Source: Candidatus Stercoripulliclostridium sp. (lineage in GTDB: Bacteria > Bacillota > Clostridia > Christensenellales > DTU072). Taken from it: 64,000 nucleotides of DNA. The translations under genes were made by a program, and so were the position numbers. A model generated the notes under the pieces. The model worked only from the letters and a program-made list of their open reading frames with translations. It searched no databases and was not told the DNA's origin. This document shows, piece after piece, positions 37,857-47,433 of this stretch. The stretch is from assembly GCA_045631675.1 (NCBI GenBank), contig JAZQVF010000102.1, forward strand, positions 315-64,314. Reading direction: 5' to 3'. Position 1 is the first letter of the stretch. Each line of letters begins with the position of its first letter.

Positions 37857-39851
37857 TTAGCCTCCGAATTTGGTCTTGAAGGTATCAACCTTGTTGAAGT
37901 TCGCATTCTCATTAATGTATGCTTGTCTTGCCTTTGCGTCGTCACCCATCCAAAGTGATACAGTTCTTGTTGCTGCCTCAAGATCCGCAATAGTAACGCG
38001 AGTTAAAGTTCTACTACCAGGTTTAAGTGTCGTATCTCTTAACTGATCATAGTTCATTTCGCCTAAACCTTTATAGCGTTGTAGATGATAAGCCCCTTTC
38101 ACTTCGCCTAATATCTTTTCCAACTCATTATCGTTATAAGCATACTTTTTGAAGCCCGTTTTCTTTTGCTCAACCTTGTATAGTGGTGGCATACCCAAAT
38201 AAACGTGCCCTTGCTCAACGAGTGGGCGCATATGTTGATAGAAGAAAGTTAAGAGAAGACATCTAATATGTTCACCATCGTGGTCAGCGTCTGCAAGAAT
38301 AATGATTTTATCATACTTCAACTTTTTAATATCAAAGTTTCTATCAAAATCCGTACCTAAAGCGTAGATGATCGTTTGTATTTCTTCGTTTGCAAGAATA
38401 CTTGCACCAGAACTTTTTAACGTATTTAGGGGCTTACCTTTAAGTGGAAGCACGGCTTGGAATTTTGGATCCCTACCTTGTTTTGTTGAACCACCTGCAG
38501 AATCGCCTTCTACGATAAATAATTCATTTCTTGAATAATCTTTTCCTGAGCATGAGGCAAGTTTTCCTACAAGTACTTTCCCAGCCATAGAATTCTTAGA
38601 ACGCAACGCCTCTTTAAATTTCTTTTCTTCGTTACGCATCTTTGAACTACTTACGGCAAGTTTAAAAATCATAGTTCCAAGATCTTTATTCTTCTTTTCT
38701 GCAAAGAATAGATTTAGTTGTTCATAAACCAAACTATCAACCCAACCTTTTACTTCAGGATTGCCGAGTTTTGTTTTGGTTTGACCTTCAAATTGCATGT
38801 TTTGCATCCTAACACTAATTATCGCAGACATTCCATCACGATAATCATCACCTGAAGGTGGGGTATCCTTAGCCTTTAAAAGATTATTTTTCTTAACGAA
38901 TTCATTCATTGCTTTTGTAAAAGCAAGTTTAAATCCAGTTTCATGAGTACCACCTTCGTGGGTAGGAATATTGTTTACATAAGAAACAATTTCATCTTCT
39001 GGTCTATCGGTATATTGAATTGCAACTTGCACTTGAAATTTCTTAGAAATATCTAAAGATTCAACGTATATTACCTTTTCAGAGCGCTTATTATTGTGTT
39101 CGTTAAGGCTCTTAACAAAATCAATTATTCCGCCTTTAAAATAGAACTTTTCATAATATGGCTCGCCGTTCTCATCAACTCTTTGCATATCAGTAAAGGT
39201 GAAAGTAACACCTTTAGTTAAATATGCAAGTTCTCTAAGACGTTTAGCGATGGTATCATGGTTAAATTCAACGGTTTCAAACACGGTGGCATCAGGCTTA
39301 AATGTGACCTTTGTACCACGTTTTTTTGTAGAGCCTATGCACTCAAGGTCGCCTTGAGGAATACCACTTTGAACCTTACGTGGAGATACGACTTTTTGAT
39401 AGCGTTGTACGTATGCTTTCTTATCACGACAAACCTCAACTTCTAACCAATCAGACAAAGCGTTAACTACGGCAGCACCAACGCCGTGCAAACCACCTGA
39501 AAATTCATATTCTTTGTTATCAAATTTACCACCTGCATGAAGTTGAGTAAAAATAAGTTCAACACCACTCTTTTTATATTTAGGGTGCTTGTCAATAGGC
39601 ATACCTCTTCCATTATCTTCAACAGAAATAGATCCATCTTTGTTTAGAACAACTTGAACGGTATCAGCGTGACCATTCAACGCTTCGTCAACGGAGTTAT
39701 CAACGATTTCCCATAAAAGATGATGTAAACCATTGACACCAGTTGTACCAATATACATACCAGGACGTAAACGTACTGCCTCAAGACCTTCTAACACAAC
39801 AATGTCGGAAGCATCATATTTTTTTACTTTATCAGGTTTAACGTTTGCCAT
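37857..39851 (-). CDS. parE: type IIA topoisomerase subunit B; ParE favoured (partner of the ParC-like gene)
   Basis: 664 aa. GHKL ATPase ([10 protein letters not shown]), Toprim EGDSAGG and PLKGK. The stop abuts the A-subunit start. Confidence 0.6.
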   Translation of the reverse strand: MANVKPDKVKKYDASDIVVLEGLEAVRLRPGMYIGTTGVNGLHHLLWEIVDNSVDEALNGHADTVQVVLNKDGSISVEDNGRGMPIDKHPKYKKSGVELIFTQLHAGGKFDNKEYEFSGGLHGVGAAVVNALSDWLEVEVCRDKKAYVQRYQKVVSPRKVQSGIPQGDLECIGSTKKRGTKVTFKPDATVFETVEFNHDTIAKRLRELAYLTKGVTFTFTDMQRVDENGEPYYEKFYFKGGIIDFVKSLNEHNNKRSEKVIYVESLDISKKFQVQVAIQYTDRPEDEIVSYVNNIPTHEGGTHETGFKLAFTKAMNEFVKKNNLLKAKDTPPSGDDYRDGMSAIISVRMQNMQFEGQTKTKLGNPEVKGWVDSLVYEQLNLFFAEKKNKDLGTMIFKLAVSSSKMRNEEKKFKEALRSKNSMAGKVLVGKLASCSGKDYSRNELFIVEGDSAGGSTKQGRDPKFQAVLPLKGKPLNTLKSSGASILANEEIQTIIYALGTDFDRNFDIKKLKYDKIIILADADHDGEHIRCLLLTFFYQHMRPLVEQGHVYLGMPPLYKVEQKKTGFKKYAYNDNELEKILGEVKGAYHLQRYKGLGEMNYDQLRDTTLKPGSRTLTRVTIADLEAATRTVSLWMGDDAKARQAYINENANFNKVDTFKTKFGG

Positions 39852-39987
39852 CTATTCCTCCATAAGTAATGAGTAAAAATCACAATATATAGTAACATAA
39901 ACTAAAGTTATAGTCAATATTTAGTAAATAAAATTTTATATAATAAATATATTATACAAGTCCGACTACAACTTTAAAAATAAAATT

Positions 39988-40017
39988 TTGCATTAAGATT
40001 AGACAATAACATATAAT
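39988..40017 (+). promoter_or_regulatory. promoter (TTGCAT, 18 nt, TATAAT) placed so that transcription would start at or next to the ATG at 40024
   Basis: ttgcattaagattagacaataacatataat, then atcttt, then ATG. No SD is visible. Confidence 0.4.
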
Positions 40018-40023
40018 ATCTTT

Positions 40024-40731
40024 ATGAATCAAATTGAAGTTCTGATGAAGAAAAACAATATTATGGAAAACTATTTAGAAACATCATTAATAGACGTTGA
40101 AGAGAATTCTTTATATTCGGTAGAATACAAGAATTACCATAAAATTGTAATTCAATGCAACGAAAAATATTTAAGTGAAAATTATCGAATAATATGTGAC
40201 ATATTTTTATCTTATTATAAATTTAGGAAACTAAATAAATTATTAAAGGATACTGAACTACGATTATATGAAAGATATTTATTACTTGGAACCTTGTTGG
40301 GTGTTGACAAGGAACTTGAATTATGCACGGCACTTAAAGAGGTTCAACACGTTAAAATCATAGGGGTAGAAAACTTATTAGAATATAGACTAAGAAACTT
40401 GCAACAATCGTGGGCTACTCTTGCGACCTTAGTAAATGCTTTGTTAATAGACGTTGACTCACAAAAGGATTTATATGAGATTATTTCCTATTTTTTAAAT
40501 TCCACTGAACCATCTCCTAAACTAACAATTACTAATACTACAACGCCATATATAGCATTAAACGGGGCTTTATATCACCCAATACCCTATACTGAAAATG
40601 ACGACTTGAACCTTCTTTTATCTACAATGCGGTTTCATCCAAGCCATATCATCATAAAAAATCAAGATATGCTTTCCCCTTCTTTACTTGATGCTTTTAA
40701 AAACTTAGGCAATAAAAAAGAGCCTCATTGA
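40024..40731 (+). CDS. hypothetical protein, weakly YtxC-like (sporulation-associated family)
   Basis: 235 aa. The central LLEYRLRNL...W segment and overall length resemble my recollection of the YtxC family FRLxxY region. The assignment is weak and the start is uncertain. Confidence 0.35.
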   Translation: MNQIEVLMKKNNIMENYLETSLIDVEENSLYSVEYKNYHKIVIQCNEKYLSENYRIICDIFLSYYKFRKLNKLLKDTELRLYERYLLLGTLLGVDKELELCTALKEVQHVKIIGVENLLEYRLRNLQQSWATLATLVNALLIDVDSQKDLYEIISYFLNSTEPSPKLTITNTTTPYIALNGALYHPIPYTENDDLNLLLSTMRFHPSHIIIKNQDMLSPSLLDAFKNLGNKKEPH

Positions 40732-40745
40732 GGCTCTTTAATTTA
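40712..40745. terminator. bidirectional terminator between convergent genes
   Basis: AGAGCCTC-att-GAGGCTCT with an A-run upstream and a T-rich tail. The stop codon of the + strand gene sits at the loop/3'-arm junction. Confidence 0.7.
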
Positions 40746-40751
40746 AGATAA

Positions 40752-42413
40752 TTAGATCAGTTCTGAACTTGTTTCACCTGTTAACATATCAAATTGCAAC
40801 ACCTTGCGTTCGCCGTTTTCTATATATTTGATAGTTACGTAATCCTTGTCAATATACTCAGCAGATATCAACATTATATTTGACTTTTCAAAAGCCTTCT
40901 TAATGATTTCAATCTCTTCATCACCATACTTACCTACGTCATCACTAACAAATAATACGTTACCGAACATCTTATTAACCTTTGCAAGTAATTTCTTTTG
41001 TTTCATAGTAAACGTTAAATTGAAATCGCGAAGGAAGAATACGTCAGGGTCGTTACAGAATGCCCTTCCGTCTAAATGACGACGGAATATTGTGTTGGTC
41101 ATTGCATTTTGTGCAGAAGGTAATTCTTGGTTTATTGCAAGTTTATTATAGAACTTACCTTTGTACTTTAGGTCTACGTCGCAACTAATTCTACAAGCAT
41201 CAACAACTCCAAAGCATGATCCCAAAGGCACGCCACAACCTAAAAGTAATTTATCACCTACGCATTCACGTAGGAAGTCCATTGCTTCAGCCATTATTTG
41301 ACCACGAGATTTACCACAGCGAGGATAGATACATTGACTATATAGGAAGTCTAATTTAACCATATCATAGCCCCACTCGTTAAGTATGACGTCAAAGAAA
41401 TTACGCATATATTCGCGAGCTTCCTCATTATATACATCAAGAGTATAAGCTCCACCCCATGCAAATACACCTTTTTGAAGTTTGCCATTAGGATGTTTAA
41501 GTAACCATTCTGGATGTTCCTTTCTTAAACGAGAATTGTGTTGTGCACTAAATGGGGCAATCCATATGCCCGCTAAATATCCTTCTTTATGAATTTCATC
41601 AGCAATATACTTCATACCATTTGGGAATTTAGGTGATGGATCTAACCAATCGCCAACAAATGGCTCATATCCGTCGTCAATTTGGAAAATGCCAACGTAG
41701 TCCTTTACTCTACCTATACCTTTAAGATCGCGTAAAATGATGTTTTCATCAATCTTTTGGAAATAGTTATACCAACTTGTATAGCCTGCTAAATGATCAA
41801 TACGTGGCTTTGCGCAGTTTAAGTCGGCAAAATATCTATCGAACACACTATCGTATTCTCCAACGTACTTATTTACGTTTAAAATTTCATAAGCATCTCC
41901 AATCACAACGCCTTCTACATCTTTTGCAATAGTAAAAGTGCCTTCATTCATATCGGCATAGAAAATGGTGAAACCTGTTCTCTCATTCAAAGAGCCGTAA
42001 AGTTCTACTTCATTTTCCACGCGATAGTAGGTGTAAGTGAAACTATGGAATTGTCCTGATTTTTTTGGATACTTAACAAAATTATAATCGCCGGAAAGTG
42101 CAGCAAGCTCAAAGCCTTTCTTAGTAAACTTTGTAATTGGCGTTAATCCTTTTTGCTTATCATCAATTATAACCTCTTTTGAAGTGGTCCATGCTTGATA
42201 TCCATTGATAAAAAACCTTTCACCACTCTTTGTTGGGTGCAAATATTTTAACTCAACCGCAACTAATTCCATTTCTTGCTTAGGAATAATTGTCAATTTT
42301 ACACCATCTTGTGAACATGTTTCTTCAATAGTATAATGATTGGTTTGGTAAAGATCTTCTTCATAAACCACACCAGCTACTTTGTACTTTATGTACAATT
42401 TGCTTTGCTTCAT
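40752..42413 (-). CDS. alpha-galactosidase-like glycoside hydrolase (GH36/melibiase, clan GH-D), short form
   Basis: Trimmed to ATG 42413 (GGAGGA SD). Motifs FQIDDGY...W, VKLDFLY, GCGVPLG and DPDVFFLRD fit the melibiase catalytic barrel. Confidence 0.65.
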   Translation of the reverse strand: MKQSKLYIKYKVAGVVYEEDLYQTNHYTIEETCSQDGVKLTIIPKQEMELVAVELKYLHPTKSGERFFINGYQAWTTSKEVIIDDKQKGLTPITKFTKKGFELAALSGDYNFVKYPKKSGQFHSFTYTYYRVENEVELYGSLNERTGFTIFYADMNEGTFTIAKDVEGVVIGDAYEILNVNKYVGEYDSVFDRYFADLNCAKPRIDHLAGYTSWYNYFQKIDENIILRDLKGIGRVKDYVGIFQIDDGYEPFVGDWLDPSPKFPNGMKYIADEIHKEGYLAGIWIAPFSAQHNSRLRKEHPEWLLKHPNGKLQKGVFAWGGAYTLDVYNEEAREYMRNFFDVILNEWGYDMVKLDFLYSQCIYPRCGKSRGQIMAEAMDFLRECVGDKLLLGCGVPLGSCFGVVDACRISCDVDLKYKGKFYNKLAINQELPSAQNAMTNTIFRRHLDGRAFCNDPDVFFLRDFNLTFTMKQKKLLAKVNKMFGNVLFVSDDVGKYGDEEIEIIKKAFEKSNIMLISAEYIDKDYVTIKYIENGERKVLQFDMLTGETSSELI

Positions 42414-42487
42414 TTCGTAATCCTCCAAAGTGGTATTATCTTATTTATTATAGTATAAGGGAAACAAAAAATCAACCCCTACTTTTA

Positions 42488-43681
42488 CTATTGTCTCGTT
42501 GCTCCATAATTCACTTCTACGTTCTTTTTGAACAATAAGTAGTCATACTTAGGACGCCACTGATCACCACAATCAACGCTCTTTTTAAAGTCCTTTTTAT
42601 CACGAGCTACGTTTATACAACTTATGCCTTTTAGTTCTCCATTTTCTTTGTAAACGGTGTCCCAAAATGCATGATGTCCAATATTTTGTACACTGAACGG
42701 TATGTAAATATAATTAAGTGATTGACAGTAACTGAATGCATCTGAGCCGATGTACTCAACACCGTCTGGGATAGAATTATATACAATGTCGTCTTTATAT
42801 GAATATATATTTTTTAAAGCTCCTGCTCGGAAGAATGACATACTCTCAATGCTTTTTACTCCTTCGGGCAAGTATACGTTAACTAAGTCTGTATAATTAA
42901 AACATAATTGACCAATCTTCGTAACCGTTGATGGTATTTTATAAGTTAAAACGTCTTTAATGTAACCTTCAGCCTCTCTATTGGCATCGTCGCTATAACC
43001 CATTACTCTTTGAACATAATCATTATGTTTTATGGGATAACAAATAATCTCCGTTTTATTTTTGTTATATAATACTCCGTCAATATCAGTGTAATATTGA
43101 TTATTTTCATCAACCTCAATGCGCTCAAGAGCATAGCAACTATAAAACGACTTTCCGTCTATTTTTTCTACCGTTGCCCCTATAGTTATCAGTTTTAATT
43201 TTTCATCACAGTTAAATGCATATTCTCCAATTTCAACAATAGGTTTACTCTCATCCTTTTCAAACGAAAAATTTGTATTGGGGTCGCTATTCCCTGATAT
43301 GTATTTTATTTCTGTTTGATAATCAATCGTTAGTTCGGTTATATAGCCAGTATTGTTAAATTTTTTTAACTCTACCCCATTCTCTAATCCTTTAAACTCA
43401 AACGTGTCCTTTTGTACCGCTGCAACGCTAAAATAAATAGCTAAAGCAATGGAAACCACTACAACCAAAACTATTATGACTTCCTTCAAAAATTTATATT
43501 TGATTTGTTTACCAATGTGTGGTGCAGACAATCCCGGTATTTTGTAGGTCCATACGTCTTCATCTTTAATAATGGTTTTATCTTCTTGAAGTTGTTCCGT
43601 TGCGTCTACAACAGCTACAATCTCTTTCGATAAATCCCCATCACTTGGGATTATATTTTGATTTATTTCATTGTTTTCCAT
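42488..43681 (-). CDS. membrane-anchored BspA-type leucine-rich-repeat protein
   Basis: 397 aa with one TM helix (IIVLVVVVSIALAIYFSVAAV). Repeats follow, such as IGEYAFNCDEKLKLITIGATVEKIDGKSFYSCYALERIEV and IGSDAFSYCQSLNYIYIPFSVQNIGHHAF. Confidence 0.75.
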   Translation of the reverse strand: MENNEINQNIIPSDGDLSKEIVAVVDATEQLQEDKTIIKDEDVWTYKIPGLSAPHIGKQIKYKFLKEVIIVLVVVVSIALAIYFSVAAVQKDTFEFKGLENGVELKKFNNTGYITELTIDYQTEIKYISGNSDPNTNFSFEKDESKPIVEIGEYAFNCDEKLKLITIGATVEKIDGKSFYSCYALERIEVDENNQYYTDIDGVLYNKNKTEIICYPIKHNDYVQRVMGYSDDANREAEGYIKDVLTYKIPSTVTKIGQLCFNYTDLVNVYLPEGVKSIESMSFFRAGALKNIYSYKDDIVYNSIPDGVEYIGSDAFSYCQSLNYIYIPFSVQNIGHHAFWDTVYKENGELKGISCINVARDKKDFKKSVDCGDQWRPKYDYLLFKKNVEVNYGATRQ

Positions 43682-43687
43682 ACACCC

Positions 43688-45451
43688 CTACCCAACAAAA
43701 GTATTACTTACAATTTCGCCGTTTTCTTCTGCTTTCTTTGCAGAAACCTCAGCCCTACGTTTCAACACTTCCATAACGGCATTTTGCTTTTTGCTATCAT
43801 AATCCCAAAAGAAATATGGAATAGTCATAAGAAGGAATCCTATGAGATCTATTGCGAGTGGAATAACAATTATGTTAACCCTTGATTCATCTATAAACAA
43901 AACGTCCCAATTACTGTTGAATCCGAAACTTAATAGCATCAAAGGAATGATTAAACTTACAAAAGAGGTTATAGGTCCTGTAAACCAACCGAATATTCCT
44001 GAAAAACTTTCCAATCTCTCTCCAGATAAGTACATTTGGTAATCATTAATACGTACGTTCATATCGTGGCTAAACGACGTAGGTACCGTTTTAGTCATTT
44101 CCATCAAGAAAAGTGCAATTATACAAATTGTACCACTTAAAATAAGATTATTGCCCGTAAATAAAATGGCAACGATTATTACGGCATTACCTATTGCTCT
44201 TGTTAGTTGGTAAAAGATCATCATTTGTTTGTATGAAAATCTTTTCATGAAAAATGGTGTAAGTAAATCAGGTGGTGTTCCTGCAAATGAAACAAGCCCG
44301 ACTATTAACGCATAACTTAGCCCGCTCAAACGGAAGGTATAAAGATATAATACCGTAGTAAATGCAAGCATTCCATTGCCCAATGAATCAATTAACCCTA
44401 CAATTGTATTAATCCAACGGTATTTATTAGAGAGTACGCCGAAAATACCGTCCCAAAATTTTATATGTATTTTCTTCTCAATTGGTGGTTGTGGTATACG
44501 CTCTGTTACTCTACCTGCAAAAAGCATCGTCAGGGTGGCTGAAACAATAAACAATGCTGGAATTACAAATCTAAACACGTTGATATCTGCCCATTCATAA
44601 CGAAGCGCCCCAATTATTATTGGGATTATAAATGCCATCACTGAATGGAAAATGTGAGAAAATTTTATTGGATAACTTCTAACCTTAATTCTCTCATCAA
44701 GGTTAGGACTTATGCTTTGTGTGCAAGTTTCCAAGCAATTACCAAAGCCAAAAACATTGTAAACCGCAAACAAAAGATTTGCCACCCACACGCGCGTTAC
44801 AACGTCCGGGATATTATAGATTGGCAACCAACCTATAAGAATAACCATTATACATTTAGGAATATAATCGCAATATAATGAATATTTGTACCTACCCAAT
44901 TTAGGAACGAGTATCCTACGCCAGAATATATTACGTGCACCTACCCAACCTGAATATAAAATGTGCGTACCAAGTATTTTAAAAACGGAACTTGCATTTA
45001 ACCCTTCAAGTCCATTCATATACGTTATAAAGGAGCCTGCCTGATCAAATAATTGAGAGATATCACCTATTATTAGCCCTAATCCTATAGCTATAAGCGA
45101 TATATAAAGCCCATAAAGTTTATATTCCGTTTTCTTTGGTAAATGGGATAAATTATCGCATACATACCACCAAATTAATGACCATATATAATTTAATGGC
45201 ATATTAATAATTCCAATTATGGAATAGGTAAGATAAGGAAGTTTATAATGATACATCATTAAATAGCATCCTACACCGAAGAATATATATTCCAATGTCT
45301 TAGATGCTGTATAATTACTGCCGACGGCGACAAAAATATCCTTGTACTCTTTATAAGGCACGTACTTGCCCTCAGGAGGCGTTGACCAATGAGTTTTAAT
45401 ATCCGCGACAAGCAATTTCGCCTTGTTTATAATGATATCTTTTTTACCCAT
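43688..45451 (-). CDS. GPH/MFS_2-like glycoside:cation symporter family membrane protein
   Basis: 587 aa with about 12 hydrophobic helices. The loop NDYQMYLSGERLESFSG resembles the GPH DYxEWxTGxRxEG motif. Confidence 0.55.
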   Translation of the reverse strand: MGKKDIIINKAKLLVADIKTHWSTPPEGKYVPYKEYKDIFVAVGSNYTASKTLEYIFFGVGCYLMMYHYKLPYLTYSIIGIINMPLNYIWSLIWWYVCDNLSHLPKKTEYKLYGLYISLIAIGLGLIIGDISQLFDQAGSFITYMNGLEGLNASSVFKILGTHILYSGWVGARNIFWRRILVPKLGRYKYSLYCDYIPKCIMVILIGWLPIYNIPDVVTRVWVANLLFAVYNVFGFGNCLETCTQSISPNLDERIKVRSYPIKFSHIFHSVMAFIIPIIIGALRYEWADINVFRFVIPALFIVSATLTMLFAGRVTERIPQPPIEKKIHIKFWDGIFGVLSNKYRWINTIVGLIDSLGNGMLAFTTVLYLYTFRLSGLSYALIVGLVSFAGTPPDLLTPFFMKRFSYKQMMIFYQLTRAIGNAVIIVAILFTGNNLILSGTICIIALFLMEMTKTVPTSFSHDMNVRINDYQMYLSGERLESFSGIFGWFTGPITSFVSLIIPLMLLSFGFNSNWDVLFIDESRVNIIVIPLAIDLIGFLLMTIPYFFWDYDSKKQNAVMEVLKRRAEVSAKKAEENGEIVSNTFVG

Positions 45452-45562
45452 AACTCGCTCCTCATTCGTATATTATTTATTATACCATTAACAATTACCT
45501 TTTTCAAGATGCATAATTAAAATAAGTTGTATATAATACTAGGAATTGAAATAAAATTATAT

Positions 45563-46393
45563 ATGTTTAAAATTAAAATTCATCCAACTTTTTGGGTTTA
45601 CGCTATAATTTTAATTATACAAAACAACTACATATTCTTTGTAGCAAGCATGCTTTGTATATTCATGCATGAATGGGCGCACGCTAAAGTTGCATCATCT
45701 CTTGGCTATTATCTCGACACGTTGAGTATTATGCCCTTTGGTGCAATGCTAAGTGGCGAAAATAGTTTTGATGATAGTGATGGCGCAAAGATAGCCTTCG
45801 CCGGCCCGTTAATAAATTTAGCCCTTTGTGTTTGTTTAATAGCACTATGGTGGACTTCTCCAATTTCATACACGTATACTAAAATCATTTTTGATGCATC
45901 TCTAACACTATCTATTTTCAATTTGATCCCTATATTTCCGTTAGATGGTGCAAGAATAATTATTTCCACTTCTAAAAACAAATTGAAAACCATTAATCGT
46001 ATAAAGACCATGGGTATTGTTATAAGCGGTGTTTTAGCAATATCATTTTTAGCAAGTTTTTTCTACAAGCCTAATCTATCTCTTGGTATAATAAGTGCTA
46101 CGATATATCTTGCTAATATATCCAACTCAAAGGATGAAACTTATAGGCTTATTAGTAATAATTGTCTAAGCGATAAAAACACAAATACCACTATTCAAAA
46201 GTACACGATATTAGTACACTATGATTTAAAATTAATAAGACTTTTAAAACACCTTAAGCCAGACACTCATACGACATTTGAGATCATAGATAACGACTTA
46301 AAAACCGTTAAAACACTAAGTGAAACAGACGTAAGGGGCTTTATCACAAAAGCTAACTTACAATGTACCATTAAAGAACTTTTATGTCTTTAA
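45563..46393 (+). CDS. spoIVFB: M50 site-2 protease, SpoIVFB-like
   Basis: HEWAHA (HExxH) in a TM helix and NLIPIFPLDGARI (NxxPxxxLDG). The track start is TTG 45527; I prefer ATG 45563 (MFKIKIHPTFW). The 3' end overlaps convergent minE by 23 nt. Confidence 0.7.
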   Translation: MFKIKIHPTFWVYAIILIIQNNYIFFVASMLCIFMHEWAHAKVASSLGYYLDTLSIMPFGAMLSGENSFDDSDGAKIAFAGPLINLALCVCLIALWWTSPISYTYTKIIFDASLTLSIFNLIPIFPLDGARIIISTSKNKLKTINRIKTMGIVISGVLAISFLASFFYKPNLSLGIISATIYLANISNSKDETYRLISNNCLSDKNTNTTIQKYTILVHYDLKLIRLLKHLKPDTHTTFEIIDNDLKTVKTLSETDVRGFITKANLQCTIKELLCL

Positions 46394-46610
46394 CTCTTTG
46401 GTATTGCAACGTTAAATTGAATTCCTTGTTTGCATTATCTTCAGTAAACTGGGTCCTAAACGAGTTTTTTTGGTATACGAAATAACTTTTAAGTACTCTT
46501 TCTATGTCATTGATAAGCATTGTTTCAATTGGTTCCGAAATCTTTTGTTCCATATTTACGCTTTTTGTAAATCTTTCTTTGACAATTTCACTTTGATTTT
46601 TCTTTTTCAT
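46371..46610 (-). CDS. minE: divergent MinE-like topological specificity factor
   Basis: 79 aa. ATGA overlap with the minD stop. SEIVKER...ISEPIETMLINDIERVLKSYF aligns with the MinE pattern S..IAKERL......ISPE.L..IK.EIL.VI..Y. Confidence 0.55.
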   Translation of the reverse strand: MKKKNQSEIVKERFTKSVNMEQKISEPIETMLINDIERVLKSYFVYQKNSFRTQFTEDNANKEFNLTLQYQRVKDIKVL

Positions 46611-47371
46611 TGAAAAAATCTCCTAAACATACCTCTACCAAGTTTACTTTTTGCCATTTGTTTTCCATTCAACCAATTATCTTTTAATAACTCATATGCA
46701 GTATATGCCTCATTTCTATATCTTTCATCTATAGTGGAATATACACCTATTTTATCATTTTCTGGAATGCTACCATACAATTGACAACTTAATAATTCTG
46801 CTATGCTTTCAGCATCAAGTATCTCCTTTCTTTTTAACAAATCATATCTTAATCTATTAACAACCAATCCAACTTTTTTCATATTATACGTTAATAAAGT
46901 TGAATTTACTCTATCTGCATCTCTTATTGCACTCAAATGTGGAGTCGTTACAATTATTGCCTCATTTGCAGATATGGCAGTACGATGAAAATTGTTTTCT
47001 ATACCAGCAGGAGCATCTATTAGTACTATGTCAGCAAATTCACTTACTTCATCTACCACTCTCCTAAATGAACCGTTACTTATCCGATCTGATGCGTTAA
47101 CCTTACATGATGCTAACAACTTCAACGTACCTTTATTGTTTACGTTTAGTAACGCTTGTTCTATTTTTACTTTTCCTTCAATTACGTCTACTACGTCATA
47201 AACAACCCTACTCTCAACGTTTAATACTACGTCTAAATTATTTAAACCAATGTCACCATCAATGAGTACAACCCTATAGCCGTCTTGCGCAAGAGAAAGC
47301 CCAAGATTTGCACATACCGTAGTTTTTCCAACGCCACCCTTTCCTGACGCAATTAAACAAACTTTTGACAT
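46607..47371 (-). CDS. minD: septum site-determining ATPase MinD
   Basis: 254 aa. Deviant Walker A SGKGGVGKTT and a C-terminal amphipathic membrane-targeting helix KSKLGRGMFRRFFQ. Confidence 0.9.
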   Translation of the reverse strand: MSKVCLIASGKGGVGKTTVCANLGLSLAQDGYRVVLIDGDIGLNNLDVVLNVESRVVYDVVDVIEGKVKIEQALLNVNNKGTLKLLASCKVNASDRISNGSFRRVVDEVSEFADIVLIDAPAGIENNFHRTAISANEAIIVTTPHLSAIRDADRVNSTLLTYNMKKVGLVVNRLRYDLLKRKEILDAESIAELLSCQLYGSIPENDKIGVYSTIDERYRNEAYTAYELLKDNWLNGKQMAKSKLGRGMFRRFFQ

Positions 47372-47407
47372 AAAAAACCTCTCTTCATACTATCGCATAA
47401 AGAGAGG
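47372..47407 (-). promoter_or_regulatory. terminator-like hairpin whose 3' arm is the minD Shine-Dalgarno
   Basis: Minus strand reads CCTCTCTT-(14 nt loop)-AAGAGAGG-TTTTTT-ATG(minD). It begins 26 nt after the valS stop. Confidence 0.55.
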
Positions 47408-47433
47408 CGAATTATTAAATAATTTATATATAA

